Of a stretch of DNA of 33,920 nt, positions 22,495 through 33,920 are shown in pieces. This DNA comes from Octopus sinensis (taxonomy: Eukaryota), in assembly GCF_006345805.1 (NCBI RefSeq), contig NW_021831918.1, positions 1 through 33,920 on the forward strand, written 5' to 3'. The first letter of the stretch is position 1. Each line of letters starts with the position of its first letter. The notes beneath the pieces are model-generated. The model was not told where the DNA came from and ran no database searches. It saw only the letters and a list, made by a program, of their open reading frames with translations. Made by a program: the position numbers and the translations under genes.

Positions 22495-23140
22495 ACTAAA
22501 GGTACGAGACCTGAAATTTGGGGGAGGGGATAAGTTGATTACATCGACTGGTACTTGGTTTATCGACCTCGAAAGGATGAAAGAAAACGTCGACCACTGC
22601 GGAATTTGAACTCAGTACGTAAAGACGGACAAAATTCCGCTAAGAATTTTGCCCGGCGCGCTAACGATTCTGCTAGCTCACCGCCTCGATAATAATTATT
22701 TCAATTTTTTGCCACAAGGGCAACTTGGGAGATGTGGGAATGAGTCGATTACAACTGGTACTAATTTTATCGATCCCCACCCCCGAAAGGATGAAAGGCA
22801 AAGTCGATCTCGGCGGAAGTTGAACTCAGAACGTAGCGATAGGCGAAATACCACTAAGCATTTCGTCCAGCGTGCTAACCATTCTGCCAGCTCGCCGCCT
22901 TGATAATAATATTAGATGCTAATAATGGTTTCTAACTCAGGAATAAGTCCAGTAATTTTGAAGGGAAAGGGTTAGCCGATACCATCGACCCCCAATACTC
23001 GAGTGGTACTTTATTTTATCGATTTGTAAGAATGAAAAGTAAAGTCGACGTCGACGCTAGTTGAACCCAGAAAGTACAGAACCAAAAGAACGACCTCGTA
23101 AAGGATTCCTCTGACACTCAAAAGACTCTACCAGCTCGCG
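22495..23140 (-). mobile_element. Three tandem diverged family B-related SINEs
   Basis: The motif GGATGAAAG..AAAGTCGA...TTGAAC.CAG...CCAGCTCGC repeats at roughly 210-230-bp spacing. Confidence 0.75.
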
Positions 23141-23184
23141 ACCCTGCCTCGAAATGTTATAATAAATCATTTCCCTTATTACTG

Positions 23185-23550
23185 CCACAGGCGGTGATCT
23201 AGCAGAAACATTAGCATGCGTTTCGTCTGTCTTTACATTCTGAGTTCAAATTCCGCCGTGGTAGAGTTTGCTTTTCATCCTTTCGAAGTCGATAAAATAA
23301 GTACCAGTCAACCCTTAGCCCCCAAAATTTCAGGCCTTGTGCCTATTATGGAAAGGATTATTACCGCCACACTCATCGAATTGGCGGACTCGTTAGCATG
23401 CAAAGACAGAAATGTTTAGCGGCATTTCTTCTGCCTTTACGTTCCGCATTCAAATTGCACTGAGGTGGACTTGGTTTTTCATTCTTTCGGGGTTGATATA
23501 ATAGGCACCAGTTGAGCACAAGAGTCGATGTAATTGACTTTCCCCCCTAT
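23185..23550 (+). mobile_element. Two tandem diverged family B-related SINEs
   Basis: GGCGGTGATCTAGCAGAAAC...GAGTTCAAATTCCGCC and a second decayed copy from ~23380. Confidence 0.7.
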
Positions 23551-23704
23551 TTTCGTTGTTAATGGAATGCGAGCAGAAAATCCTTTATAGCAAACCGTTT
23601 TGCAGTTGTATTTCTGTTGAAATATCAAGCCTTTGAATTAATCTTGATAGTAATGAAGAATTTAAGTATATTAACTTTGTCGTTATTCTGGTGGTGTTTA
23701 GAAT

Positions 23705-24490
23705 GTGGAGGCGCAATGGCCCAGTGGTTAGGGCAGCGGACTCGCGGTCGTAGGATCGCGGTTTCGATTCCCAGACCGGGCATTGTGAGTGTTTATTGAG
23801 CGAAAACACCTAAAGCTTCACGAGGCTCCTGCAGGGGGTGGTGGTGAACCCTGCTGTACTCTTTCACCACAACTTTCTCTCACTCTTTCTTCCTGTTTCT
23901 GTTGTACCTGTATTTCAAAGGGGTGGAGGCGCAATGGCCCAGTGGTTAGGGCAGCGGACTCGCGGTCATAGGATCGCGGTTTCGATTCCCAGACCGGGCG
24001 TTGTGAGTGTTTATTGAGCGAAAACACCTAAAGCTCCACGAGGCTCCGGCAGGGATGGTGGTGATCCCTGCTGTACTCTTTCACCACAACTTTCTCTCAC
24101 TCTTACTTCCTGTTTCTGTTGTACCTGTATTTCAAGGGGCCGGCCTTGTCACTCTCTGTGTCACGCTGAATATCCCCGAGAACTACGTTAAGGGTACACG
24201 TGTCTGTGGAGTGCTCAGCCACTTACACGTTAATTTCACGAGCAGGCTGTTCCGTTGATTCGGATCAACCGGAACCCACGTTGTCGTAACCGACGGAGTG
24301 CTTCCATTCCATTTCAAAGGGCCAGCCTTGTCACACTCTGTGTCACGCGGAATCTCCTCGAGAACTACGTTAAGGGTACACGTGTCTGTGGAGTGCTCAG
24401 CCACTTGCACGTTAATTGCACGAGCAAGCTGTTCCGTTGATCGTATCAACTGGAACCCTCGTCGTCGTAACCGACGGAGTGCTTCCAACC
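23705..24490 (+). mobile_element. Older SINE C (23705-23922 plus 24322-24490) containing a nested SINE C
   Basis: The two halves are collinear once the inner copy is removed; the whole is flanked by direct repeats 23500-23704 and 24491-24680. Confidence 0.88.
23923..24310 (+). mobile_element. Younger full-length SINE C nested in SINE C
   Basis: 11-bp TSD ATTTCAAAGGG at 23912-23922 and 24311-24321; near-identical to 1857-2249. Confidence 0.92.
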
Positions 24491-24881
24491 AATAGGCACC
24501 AGTTGAGCACAAGAGTCGATGTAATTGACTTTCCCCCCTATTTTCGTTGTTAATGGAATGCGAGCAGAAAATCCTTTATAGTTGTATTTCTGTTGAAATA
24601 CCAAGCCTTTCAATTAATCTTGATAGTAATGAAGAATTTAAGTATATTAACTTTGTCGTTATTCTGGTGGTGTTTAGAATATAGATTAACATGGAATTTT
24701 GATGGAAGGTTTTCATTTAAGTCATTTAAACCAAGAAATTTGTGTTACTGAACAAGGAACGATCTCAGGCGGATTGGTATCAAATGGAAAAAGCTAAATG
24801 TATGTTTAAGAATAGACCACACGTGGTATAATTGCCACAGCATGACATTTGCTACTAACAAACACTGGAGACTAGTTTGTT

Positions 24882-25228
24882 GGTGCAGGTGTGGCTGTGT
24901 GGTTAAGAAGCTTGCTTCTCAACCATGGACTATGGCACCGAGTCGACCAAATCCTTGAAAGTAAATTTGGCAAGCAGAAGCTGAAAGAAGCTCGTTATGA
25001 TTATATATATATATGTGTATGTGTCTATCTTTTTGATATGTTTACCATCCCCACCACCACCACCACTTGACAACCGGTGTTGGTTTGACTACGTCCCGTA
25101 ACTTAGCGGTTCAGCAAAAGATATCAATGAAACAAATATCAGGCTTAAGAAATAAGTACTTAAGTCTGTTTGACCGTCAAAGCGGTGCTCCAGCATGGCT
25201 GCAGTCGAATGACTGAGACAAGTAAAAC
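24882..25228 (+). mobile_element. Older SINE family A
   Basis: Diverged head GGTGCAGGTGTGGCTGTGTGGTTAAGAAGC and tail GCAGTCGAATGACTGAGACAAGTAAAA. Confidence 0.8.
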
Positions 25229-25260
25229 ATCAGAAAATTTTAACTTTATTTAGAGGAATA

Positions 25261-25607
25261 GGCGTAGGAGTGGCTGTGTGGTAAGTAGCTTACTTACAAG
25301 CCACATGGTTCCGGGTTCAGTCCCACTGCGTGTCACGTTGGACAAGTATCTTCTACTATAGCCTCAGGCCGACCAAAGCCTTGTGAGAGGATTTGGTAGA
25401 CAGTAACTGAAAGAAGCCTGTCGGCAGAAACGTTAGCACGCCGGGGCGAAATGCTTAGCGGTAGTTCATCTGTCGACTTTGCCTTTCATCCCTTTCGGGG
25501 TCGATAAATAAAGTACCAGTTTCGCACTGGGGTCGATGTAATCGACTTAATCCCTTTGTCTGTCCTTGTTTGTTCCCTCTATGTTTAGCCCCTTGTGGAC
25601 AGTAAAG

Positions 25608-25642
<35 letters not shown>

Positions 25643-25858
25643 TGTGTGTCTGTGTTTGTCCCCTCAACATCGCTTGACAACTGATGCTGGTGTGTTTACG
25701 TCCCCGTAACTTAGCGGTTCGGCAAATGAGACCGATAGAATAAGTACTAGGCTTACAAAGAATAAGTCCTAGGGTCGATTTGCTCGATTAAAGGCGGTGC
25801 TCCAGCATGGCCGCAGTCAAATGACTGAACCAAGTAAAAAAGTAAAAGAGTAAAAGAG
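25261..25858 (+). mobile_element. SINE family A with a nested, internally deleted family B copy (25423-25612)
   Basis: A head 25261-25422; B from GGCAGAAACG to AAAGAAATA; then the A microsatellite and tail. Confidence 0.88.
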
Positions 25859-26226
25859 AATTGGCTTTTTTTTTAAAAAAAATAGATTTTTCAATAAATA
25901 AAATAAAATAAAATAAAAGTTGGGTTACGGATGATTATTGATTTGCCAAAATGTTTCACGATGTTAAAAATCTGGGTCCTGCTGGTTTGGGTTGTTAATG
26001 GTCTGAGTAAATAACTTGACGGCATTTAATTTCGAGTGCACTTAGATTACGAGTGTAAATAAGAGGCAACGCACGACCGACAGCAGCAGCAGCAGTAGTA
26101 CAGTCTGCAGAAATGACAGTGGGAATGGTGGTGCCGCTGGTGCCGGTGGAGCTGGTGGTGGAAGCGGTGAGGTGGGCAGTGACGACGGCGGTACCATCAT
26201 CATCATCATCAGCAGCAGCAGCAGCA

Positions 26227-29200
26227 GTAACCACAACAGCAGCAGAAACCACAACAGCAGCAGAAACCACAGCAGCAGCAGTAACCACAACAGCAGCAGA
26301 AACCACAACAGCAGCAGAAACCACAACAGCAGCAGAAACCGCAGCAGCAGCAGTAACCACAACAGCAGCAGTAACCACAGCAGCAGCAGAAACCACAACA
26401 GCAGCAGAAACCGCAGCAGCAGCAGTAACCACAACAGCAGCAGAAACCACAACAGCAGCAGAAACCACAGCAGCAGCAGAAACCACAACAGCAGCAGAAA
26501 CCACAGCAGCAGCAGTAACCACAACAGCAGCAGAAACCACAGCAGCAGCAGTAACCAACAACAGCAGCAGTAACCACAACAGCAGCAGAAACCACAGCAG
26601 CAGCAGTAACCACACAACAGCAGCAGAACCACAACAGCAGCAGTAGTAACCACAACAGCAGCAGAGAAACCACAGCAGCAGCATAACCACAAATGCAGCA
26701 GTAACCACAACAGCAGCAGAAACACAACAGCCGCAGCAGAAACCACAGCAGCAGCGAAACCACCACAGCAGCAGCAGTAACCACAACAGCAGCAGTAACC
26801 ACAACAGCAGCAGTAACCACAACAGCAGCAGTAACCACAACAGCAGCAGAAACCACAGCAGCAGCAGAAACACACAGCAGCAGCAGTAACCACAACAGCA
26901 GACAGAAACCACAACAGCAGCAGTAACCACAACAGCAGCAGTAAAACAACAAGCAGCAGTAACCACAACAGCAGCAGTAACCACAACAGCAGCAGAAACC
27001 ACAGCAGCAGCAGTAACCACAACAGCAGCAGCAGAAACCACAACAGCAGGCAGAAACCACAGCAGCAGCAGTAACCACAGCAGCAGCAGAAACCACAGCA
27101 GCAGCAGAAGAAACCACAGCAGCAGCAGTAACCACAACAGCAGCAGTAACCAAACAGCAGCAGAAACCACAACAGCAGCAGAAACCACAGCAGCAGCAGA
27201 AACCACAGCAGCAGCAGTAACCACAACAGCAGCAGTAACCACAGCAGCAGCAGAAACCACAGCAGCAGCAGTAACCACAACAGCAGCAGTAACCACAACA
27301 GCAGCAGAAACCACAACAGCAGCAGAAACCACAGCAGCAGCAGAAACCACAGCAGCAGCAGTAACCACAACAGCAGCAGAAACCACAACAGCAGCAGTAA
27401 CCACAGCAGCAGCAGAAACCACAACAGCAGCAGAAACCACAACAGCAGCAGAAACCACAGCAGCAGCAGAAACCACAGCAGCAGCAGTAACCACAACAGC
27501 AGCAGTAACCACAACAGCAGCAGTAACCACAACAGCAGCAGAAACCACAGCAGCAGCAGTAACCACAACAGCAGCAGTAAACCACAACCAGCAGCAGAAA
27601 CCACAACAGCAGGCAGAAACACCAGCAGCAGCAGAAACCACAGCAGCAGCAGTAACCACAACAGCAGCAGTAGTAACCACAACAGCAGCAGTAACCACAA
27701 CAGCAGCAGTAACCACAACAGCAGCAGAAACCACAGCAGCAGCAGTAACCACAACAGCAGCAGTAACCACAACAGCAGCAGAAACAACAACAGCAGCAGA
27801 AGAAACCACAGCAGCAGCAGAAACCACAGCAGCAGCAGTAACCACAACAGCAGCAGTAACCACAACAGCAGCAGTAACACAACAGCAGCAAGAAACCACA
27901 GCAGCAGCAGTAACCACAACAGCAGCAGAAACACAACAGCAGCAGAAACCACAGCAGCAGCAGTAACCACAGCAGCAGCAGTAACCACAGCAGCAGCAGA
28001 AACCACAGCAGCAGCAGTAACCACAACAGCAGCAGTAACCACAACAGCAGCAGAAACCACAACAGCAGCAGAAACCACAGCAGCAGCAGAAACCACAGCA
28101 GCAGCAGTAACCACAACAGCAGCAGTAACCACAGCAGCAGCAGAAACCACAGCAGCAGCAGTAACCACAACAGCAGCAGTAACCACAACAGCAGCAGAAA
28201 CCACAACAGCAGCAGAAACCACAGCAGCAGCAGAAACCACAGCAGCAGCAGTAACCACAACAGCAGCAGAAACCACAACAGCAGCAGAAACCACAGCAGC
28301 AGCAGTAACCACAGCAGCAGCAGAAACCACAACGCAGCAGCAGAAACCACAACAGCAGCAGAAACCACAGCAGCAGCAGAAACCACAGCAGCAGCAGAAC
28401 CACAACAGCAGCAGTAACCACAACAGCAGCAGTAACCACAAACAGCAGCAAACCACAGCAGCAGCAGTAACCACAACAGCAGGCGTAACCACAACAGCAG
28501 CAGAAACCACAACAGCACAGAAACCACAGCAGCAGCAGAAACCACAGCAGCAGCAGTAACCACAACAGCAGCAGTAACCACAACAGCAGCAGTAACCACA
28601 ACAGCAGCAGTAACAAAACAGCAGCAGAAACCACAGCAGCAGCAGTAACCACAACAGCAGCAGTAACCACAACAGCAGCAGAAACCACAACCAGCAGAAG
28701 AAACCACAGCAAGCAGCAGAGAAACCACAGCAGCAGCAGTAACCACACAGCAGCAGCAGAAACCACCAACAGCAGCAGTAAACAAACAGCAGCAGAAACC
28801 ACAGCAGCAGCAGTAACCACAACAGCAGCAGTAACCACAACAGCAGCAGAAACCACAACAGCAGCAGCCAGAAAACACAGCAGCAGCAGAAGAAACCACA
28901 GCAGCAGCAGAAACCACAACAGCAGCAGAACACAGCAGCAGCAGAAACCACAGCAGCAGCAGTAACCACAACAGCAGCAGCAGTAACCACAACAGCAGCA
29001 GTAACCACAACAGCAGCAGTAACCACAACAGCAGCAGAAACCACAGCAGCAGCAGTAACCACAACAGCAGCAGTAACCACAACAGCAGCAGAAACCACAA
29101 CAGCAGCAGAAACCACAGCAGCAGCAGAAACCACAGCAGCAGCAGTAACCACAACAGCAGCAGAAACCACAACAGCAGCAGTAACCACAACAGCAGCAGA

Positions 29201-29705
29201 AACCACAGCAGCAGCAGTAACCACAACAGCAGCAGTAACCACAACAGCAGCAGAAACCACAACAGCAGCAGAAACCACAGCAGCAGCAGAAACCACAGCA
29301 GCAGCAGAAACCAAAACAGCAGAGCAGAAACCACAGCAGCAGCAGAACCCACAGCAGCAGCAGAAACCACAGCAGCAGCAGAAACCACAACAGCAGCAGA
29401 AACCACAGCAGCAGAGCAGAAAAACAACCAGCAGCAGCAGCAGTAACCACAACAGCAGCAGACCACAGCAGCACAGCAGTAACACAACAGACAACAGCAG
29501 CAGTAACCACAACAGCAGCAGAAAAAACCACACAGCAGCAGGAAACCACAGCAGCAGCAGAAACCACAGCAGAGCAGCAGAAACCACAGCAGCAGCAGAA
29601 ACCAGAGCAGCAGAAAGAAACACAACAGCAGCAGAAACCACAGCAGCAGCAGAAACCACAGCAGCAGCAGAAACCACAGCAGCAGCAGAAACCACAGCAG
29701 CAGCA
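26227..29705. repeat. Minisatellite array of ~190 18-bp units G(A/T)AACCAC(A-AC/A-GC)AGCAGCA with higher-order structure
   Basis: Four variants from two binary sites. An identical 13-unit string occurs at 27163-27396 and 28053-28286, and an 8-unit sub-string again at 29037-29180. Confidence 0.95.
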
Positions 29706-29880
29706 GTACTGGCAGCATTAACAGCAGCGCTACCACCATTAGCAGCAGCAGCAGCAGCGGGAGCAGCAGCAGCAGCGGCAGCAGCAGCGGCAGCAGTAGT
29801 AGTAGTAGTAGTGGAGGAAGGGTATGAGTGGGGTTATGGGTGGTGGTGGTGGTGGTGGTGGTGGTGGTAGTTGTAGTAGT
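29706..29880. repeat. (AGC)n/(AGT)n/(GGT)n compound trinucleotide tract
   Basis: Direct reading. Confidence 0.85.
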
Positions 29881-29984
29881 CCCCTAGTGACGATCGCACC
29901 TGTTCAGACGCCACAATACTTTCTTCAAACGGTTACAAAGCTCTTCTGTTGTCTTTTCCTTTACGAGCGAGTCTATGCACACAC

Positions 29985-30495
29985 ATGCACGCACGCACGC
30001 ACGTGTGTGTGTGTGTGTGCATGTGTGTGTGTGCATGTGTGTGTGTGTGTGTGTGTGCATGTGTGTGTCTGTGTTTATATTCGTGTGTGTGTTTGCAAGC
30101 ATGTCTTCGTGTGACTGTCTAAGAGGGTGTCGAGTATAATATGTAGAATAGCAGTTTTATTGTGGAGTTATGATCCTGAGTGGATGCGCCTACATACATA
30201 ACACACGTGCATACATACATACATACATACACACACATGAATACATTCACACACACATACACACACACATACATACGCACATACAAACACACAAATATAC
30301 GTACATACTACATACATACATACATACATACACACACACACATAGGCGATAGAAAGGGAGAGGAATAGAGAGAGGATGAGAGAGAGATTCGTTCTATATG
30401 TGCGTATATATGTAAATGCATATATATATACATATATTATAATATATATATATATATATATGCGTATACATATGCACAAATATGTACACACACAT

Positions 30496-30541
<46 letters not shown>

Positions 30542-30620
30542 ATGTATGTATGTATGTATGTATGTATGTATGTATGTATGTATGTATGTGTAACTATATA
30601 TACAAATATACATATATGTA
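29985..30620. repeat. (TG)n/(CATA)n/(AT)n/(TATG)n compound microsatellites
   Basis: Direct reading. Confidence 0.9.
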
Positions 30621-30721
30621 CGCATGCGTACACCTCGTAAAGGTATATCACTGTCAGTTTCCTTGTGCGTGTGCTCATCAAATGCGTTATCTTTGATAAA
30701 AGAAGGGTCGTTTTAGTTCAT

Positions 30722-30722
<1 letters not shown>

Positions 30723-30763
<41 letters not shown>

Positions 30764-30835
30764 AAGTAGTAGTAGTAGTAGCAGCGGTGTTGATTGTGGT
30801 GGTGGTGGGTGGTGGTGGTTATGGAGGAGGTATGG
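30723..30835. repeat. (GTA)n/(GGT)n microsatellite
   Basis: Direct reading. Confidence 0.9.
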
Positions 30836-30939
30836 GGAGCTTCATGTGGTTGTTTTTGTAAACTTCAGTACACTATACACCGATTTTAATTGATGATTCA
30901 TGGGTAGACCATACCCTAAGGAAAACACAAGACATTAAC

Positions 30940-31286
30940 GTACACACGCATGCACACACACATACACACAAACACATACACACACATACTCACACACACA
31001 CATAAAAACAAGCATAAAGCATACGTACAAACACTTATCAGCATGCATGCATACAATTTAGTGCATATATATATATATATATATATGTATATGTATATAT
31101 ATTGTATATGTATATATATATGTATATGTATATATATATGTATATGTATATATATGAATATATATGTATATATATATGTATATATATATGTATGTATATA
31201 TATATATGTATATATGTATATATATATATTGTATATATATATATATATGTATGTATATATATATATGTATGTATATAATATATGTA

Positions 31287-31333
<47 letters not shown>

Positions 31334-31381
31334 GTATATATGTATATATATATATATAATTATATATGTATGTATATGTGG

Positions 31382-31413
<32 letters not shown>

Positions 31414-31425
31414 TGTATATGTGTT

Positions 31426-31464
<39 letters not shown>

Positions 31465-31522
31465 GTATAATGTATATATATGTATATATATATATGTATA
31501 TATATATTATGTATATAATATG

Positions 31523-31554
<32 letters not shown>

Positions 31555-31826
31555 TATGTATTATATATGTATTATATATATATGTATATATATATATGTA
31601 TATATATATGTATATATATGTATATATATATGTATATGTATATATATATGTATATATATATATATATATGTATATGTATATATATATGTAATTATATATA
31701 TATATGTATATGTATATGTATAATATATGTATATATATAATATGTATATGTATAATATTGTATATATATATATATGTATATGTATATGTATATATATGTA
31801 TATATATATATGTATATATATATATG

Positions 31827-31857
<31 letters not shown>

Positions 31858-31930
31858 GTATATATATATGTAAGTGTGCATGTATCCATGTGTATGTGTG
31901 TATATATGTGTGTGTATGTGTGCGTGTGTG
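30940..31930. repeat. ~1 kb (AT)n/(ATATGT)n degenerate microsatellite with CA/TG-rich ends
   Basis: Direct reading; source of the poly-IY ORFs. Confidence 0.95.
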
Positions 31931-32062
31931 TGGCTTTTAATGATAGCGCTGCTTGAGCAATGTTGACCTAGGGCTAAACCAGCAGTAACAGTGGTAATAA
32001 ATGAATACATACATACATATATACACACATTATCTACATAAAAAGAGGGGGCAAGAGGAGGA

Positions 32063-32064
<2 letters not shown>

Positions 32065-32120
<56 letters not shown>
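32065..32120. repeat. (GATA)n microsatellite
   Basis: Direct reading. Confidence 0.95.
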
Positions 32121-32779
32121 CTCACTTTTGTTTTTGTGAGTGTGCGCATGCGTGCTTGCGTTCTTTTCCGAGTGTTAGCTACTGGGGTTGCTATATTACA
32201 AGTCATACCAACTTGTAGAGTTCCTTCAACACGTGAGTGACTAATCTCTTTCCAGCCGTGGTGCCTCTTCGGGATATTTGTATCTTTTAGATTTAGCAAC
32301 CAAACCTCCTTCAAATTGCGCTTTGTAATCTTAAAGAAAATGACGTATTAGATCATGTTGTTCTAGATACACCTGAAGAGACGAAATGGTTACAGTTAGA
32401 AAGGAGGATTTTGATGCTAGCGCTGTTTGAGCAGCGTTGACCTAGGTCTAAACTGCAGAAGCAACAGCAGCAACAACAAATAATCAATAATAATGAACAT
32501 GGTAGCTTTTGCAGCTAAAAATAATAGTCTGTTGCCCCTCATATCACCTTATCATTCTCTACCGACTAACAAGGACGGGCGATTTGTATTAAGTAGTCCT
32601 AGATACACCATGTCTGAAATGGAAATAGATGGAATTGTCATGGTTGGAACAGTTAATACTGTACTTGTTTGACCTTTGGCCAAACCCGATCGATTATATC
32701 TATAACAAAGCGTTCCAGCCATAGCTATCCCACCCTACAAAGTATCCAGGGCTGTTAAAAGGCATTTTGTTCATAATGT

Positions 32780-33215
32780 AGAAATAAGGTCTGAAATTTA
32801 AAGGTGGAGGGAGCTGTTGATTATGTCGACTTTAGTACTTAACTAGTACTTTATTTTATCGACCTCGGAGGGATGAAAGGTAAAGCTGACCTCGGCGGGC
32901 TTCGAATTCATAACGCAAAGAAGTAAAAAAAAATATCGCAAAGCATTTTCTCCGACGTTCTATTGATTTGGCCAAACCACAAACTCTTAATGTTAATAAA
33001 TTTTTGCTTCAAATTTTGGCCTTAGAGGGAGGAAGTCAGTCGAATAACTGGACCCCCCCCCCCCCCATACCTGACTAGTACGTAATTTAAACGACCCGAA
33101 AGAGATGATGAAAAACAAATCTGATCTCGATGGATTTCAACTCAGAATGTAAAAAGCCGGAACTAAAGTCGCTAAGCATTTTATCCGACGTACTAACGAT
33201 TTTGGCAACTCGCTA
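32780..33215 (-). mobile_element. Two tandem decayed family B-related SINEs
   Basis: TAGTACTTTATTTTATCGACCTCGGAGGGATGAAAGG... and a second copy from ~33010. Confidence 0.65.
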
Positions 33216-33257
33216 CCATCTTAATGGTATTCTTTTTTTTTTCTAATTTTTGGTATA

Positions 33258-33665
33258 CTCTCTTTTTTACTTGTTTCAGTCATTTGACTGCGGCCAGGCT
33301 GGAGCACCGCCTTTAATCGAGCAACTCGACCCGGGATATTCTTTGTAAGCGCAAGTACTTATCTATCTATCAGTCTCTTTTTTGCCGAACCGCTAAGTTA
33401 CGGGACGTAAACACACCAGCATCGGTTGTCAAGCAATGCTAGGGGGACAAACACACACACAAACATATACACACACATACATATATATATATAATACATA
33501 TATACGACAGGCTTCTTTCAGTTTCGTCTACCAAATCCACTCACAAGGCATTGGTCGACCCGAGGCTATAGCAGAAGACACTTGCTAAGATGCCACGCAG
33601 TGGGACTGAACCCGGAACCATGTGGTGTGGTAAGCAAGCTATTACCACACAGCCACTCCTGCGCC
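33258..33665 (-). mobile_element. SINE family A, near full length
   Basis: Closely similar to 915-1354. Confidence 0.9.
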
Positions 33666-33689
33666 GGTTATATGATAACAATTTTGAGG

Positions 33690-33860
33690 GGAGGAAAAAA
33701 ATCAAACATTGACACCAGTGATCAACTGGTACTTTATTTTATCGACCCTGAAAAGATGAACGGCAATGTCGATCTCTCCGGAATTGAAGCTCAGAAACGA
33801 AAGAACCGTAAGAAATGCAGCTAAGCATTTCGACTGATGTAACTATTCTACCAGATCGAC
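33690..33860 (-). mobile_element. Decayed family B-related SINE
   Basis: ACTGGTACTTTATTTTATCGACCCTGAAAAGATGAA...GCTAAGCATTTCG. Confidence 0.65.
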
Positions 33861-33920
33861 ACCTTAAATTGTTTCAAACTTTGGCGCAAATCAGTAGTTT
33901 TAAGTATTATATCGATCCCA

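Noticed and set aside
1991-24258. Recurring ORF MVVIPAVLFHHNFLSLLLPVSV... (1991, 4190, 24007)
   Set aside because: It lies wholly within SINE C copies; the recurrence reflects the repeat, not a gene family.
26227-29705. CRISPR-like or encoded-message interpretation of the array
   Set aside because: There are no unique spacers, the DNA is eukaryotic, and the variant order is explained by block duplication.
25995-29739. Three ~1200-aa minus-strand ORFs (poly C/G/F/Y, A/V/S/T and L/W/F)
   Set aside because: The 18-bp unit has no stop in any minus frame, so ORFs stay open while drifting between frames at indels. They are artefacts and not Cys-rich or membrane proteins.
30950-32028. Poly-IY/MY/HT ORFs
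   Set aside because: Translations of (AT)n and (CA)n microsatellites.
32370-32395. CTGAAGA-GGAC-GAAA hammerhead-like core
   Set aside because: Helices II and III cannot pair and helix I has no clear partner; likely a chance match in an old repeat.

Overview
Repeat-dominated, AT-rich animal genomic DNA with no recognisable host protein-coding gene. The mix of tRNA-derived SINE families and the very high microsatellite density resemble octopod cephalopod (Octopus-like) DNA; this is recognition from memory, not a database result. The window holds at least four SINE families (my labels A-D), often nested or tandem and several with clear target-site duplications (TSDs). It also holds a non-autonomous Helitron with both ends, three hAT-type MITEs, the 5' UTR plus endonuclease part of an RTE LINE, and the 3' part of a Penelope-like element (GIY-YIG). 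That element's tail keeps the helix layout of a minimal hammerhead ribozyme with a mutated core. The most conspicuous structure is a ~3.5 kb array of 18-bp units (26227-29705) built from four variants at two binary sites, with ~890-bp higher-order recurrence; it might be a low-complexity exon. Other points of note are a SINE flanked by a ~200-bp direct duplication, a ~270-bp fold-back palindrome, two apparent local templated insertions and a cluster of possible small exons at 2.7-3.1 kb. Most ORFs in the supplied track are microsatellite or SINE artefacts.
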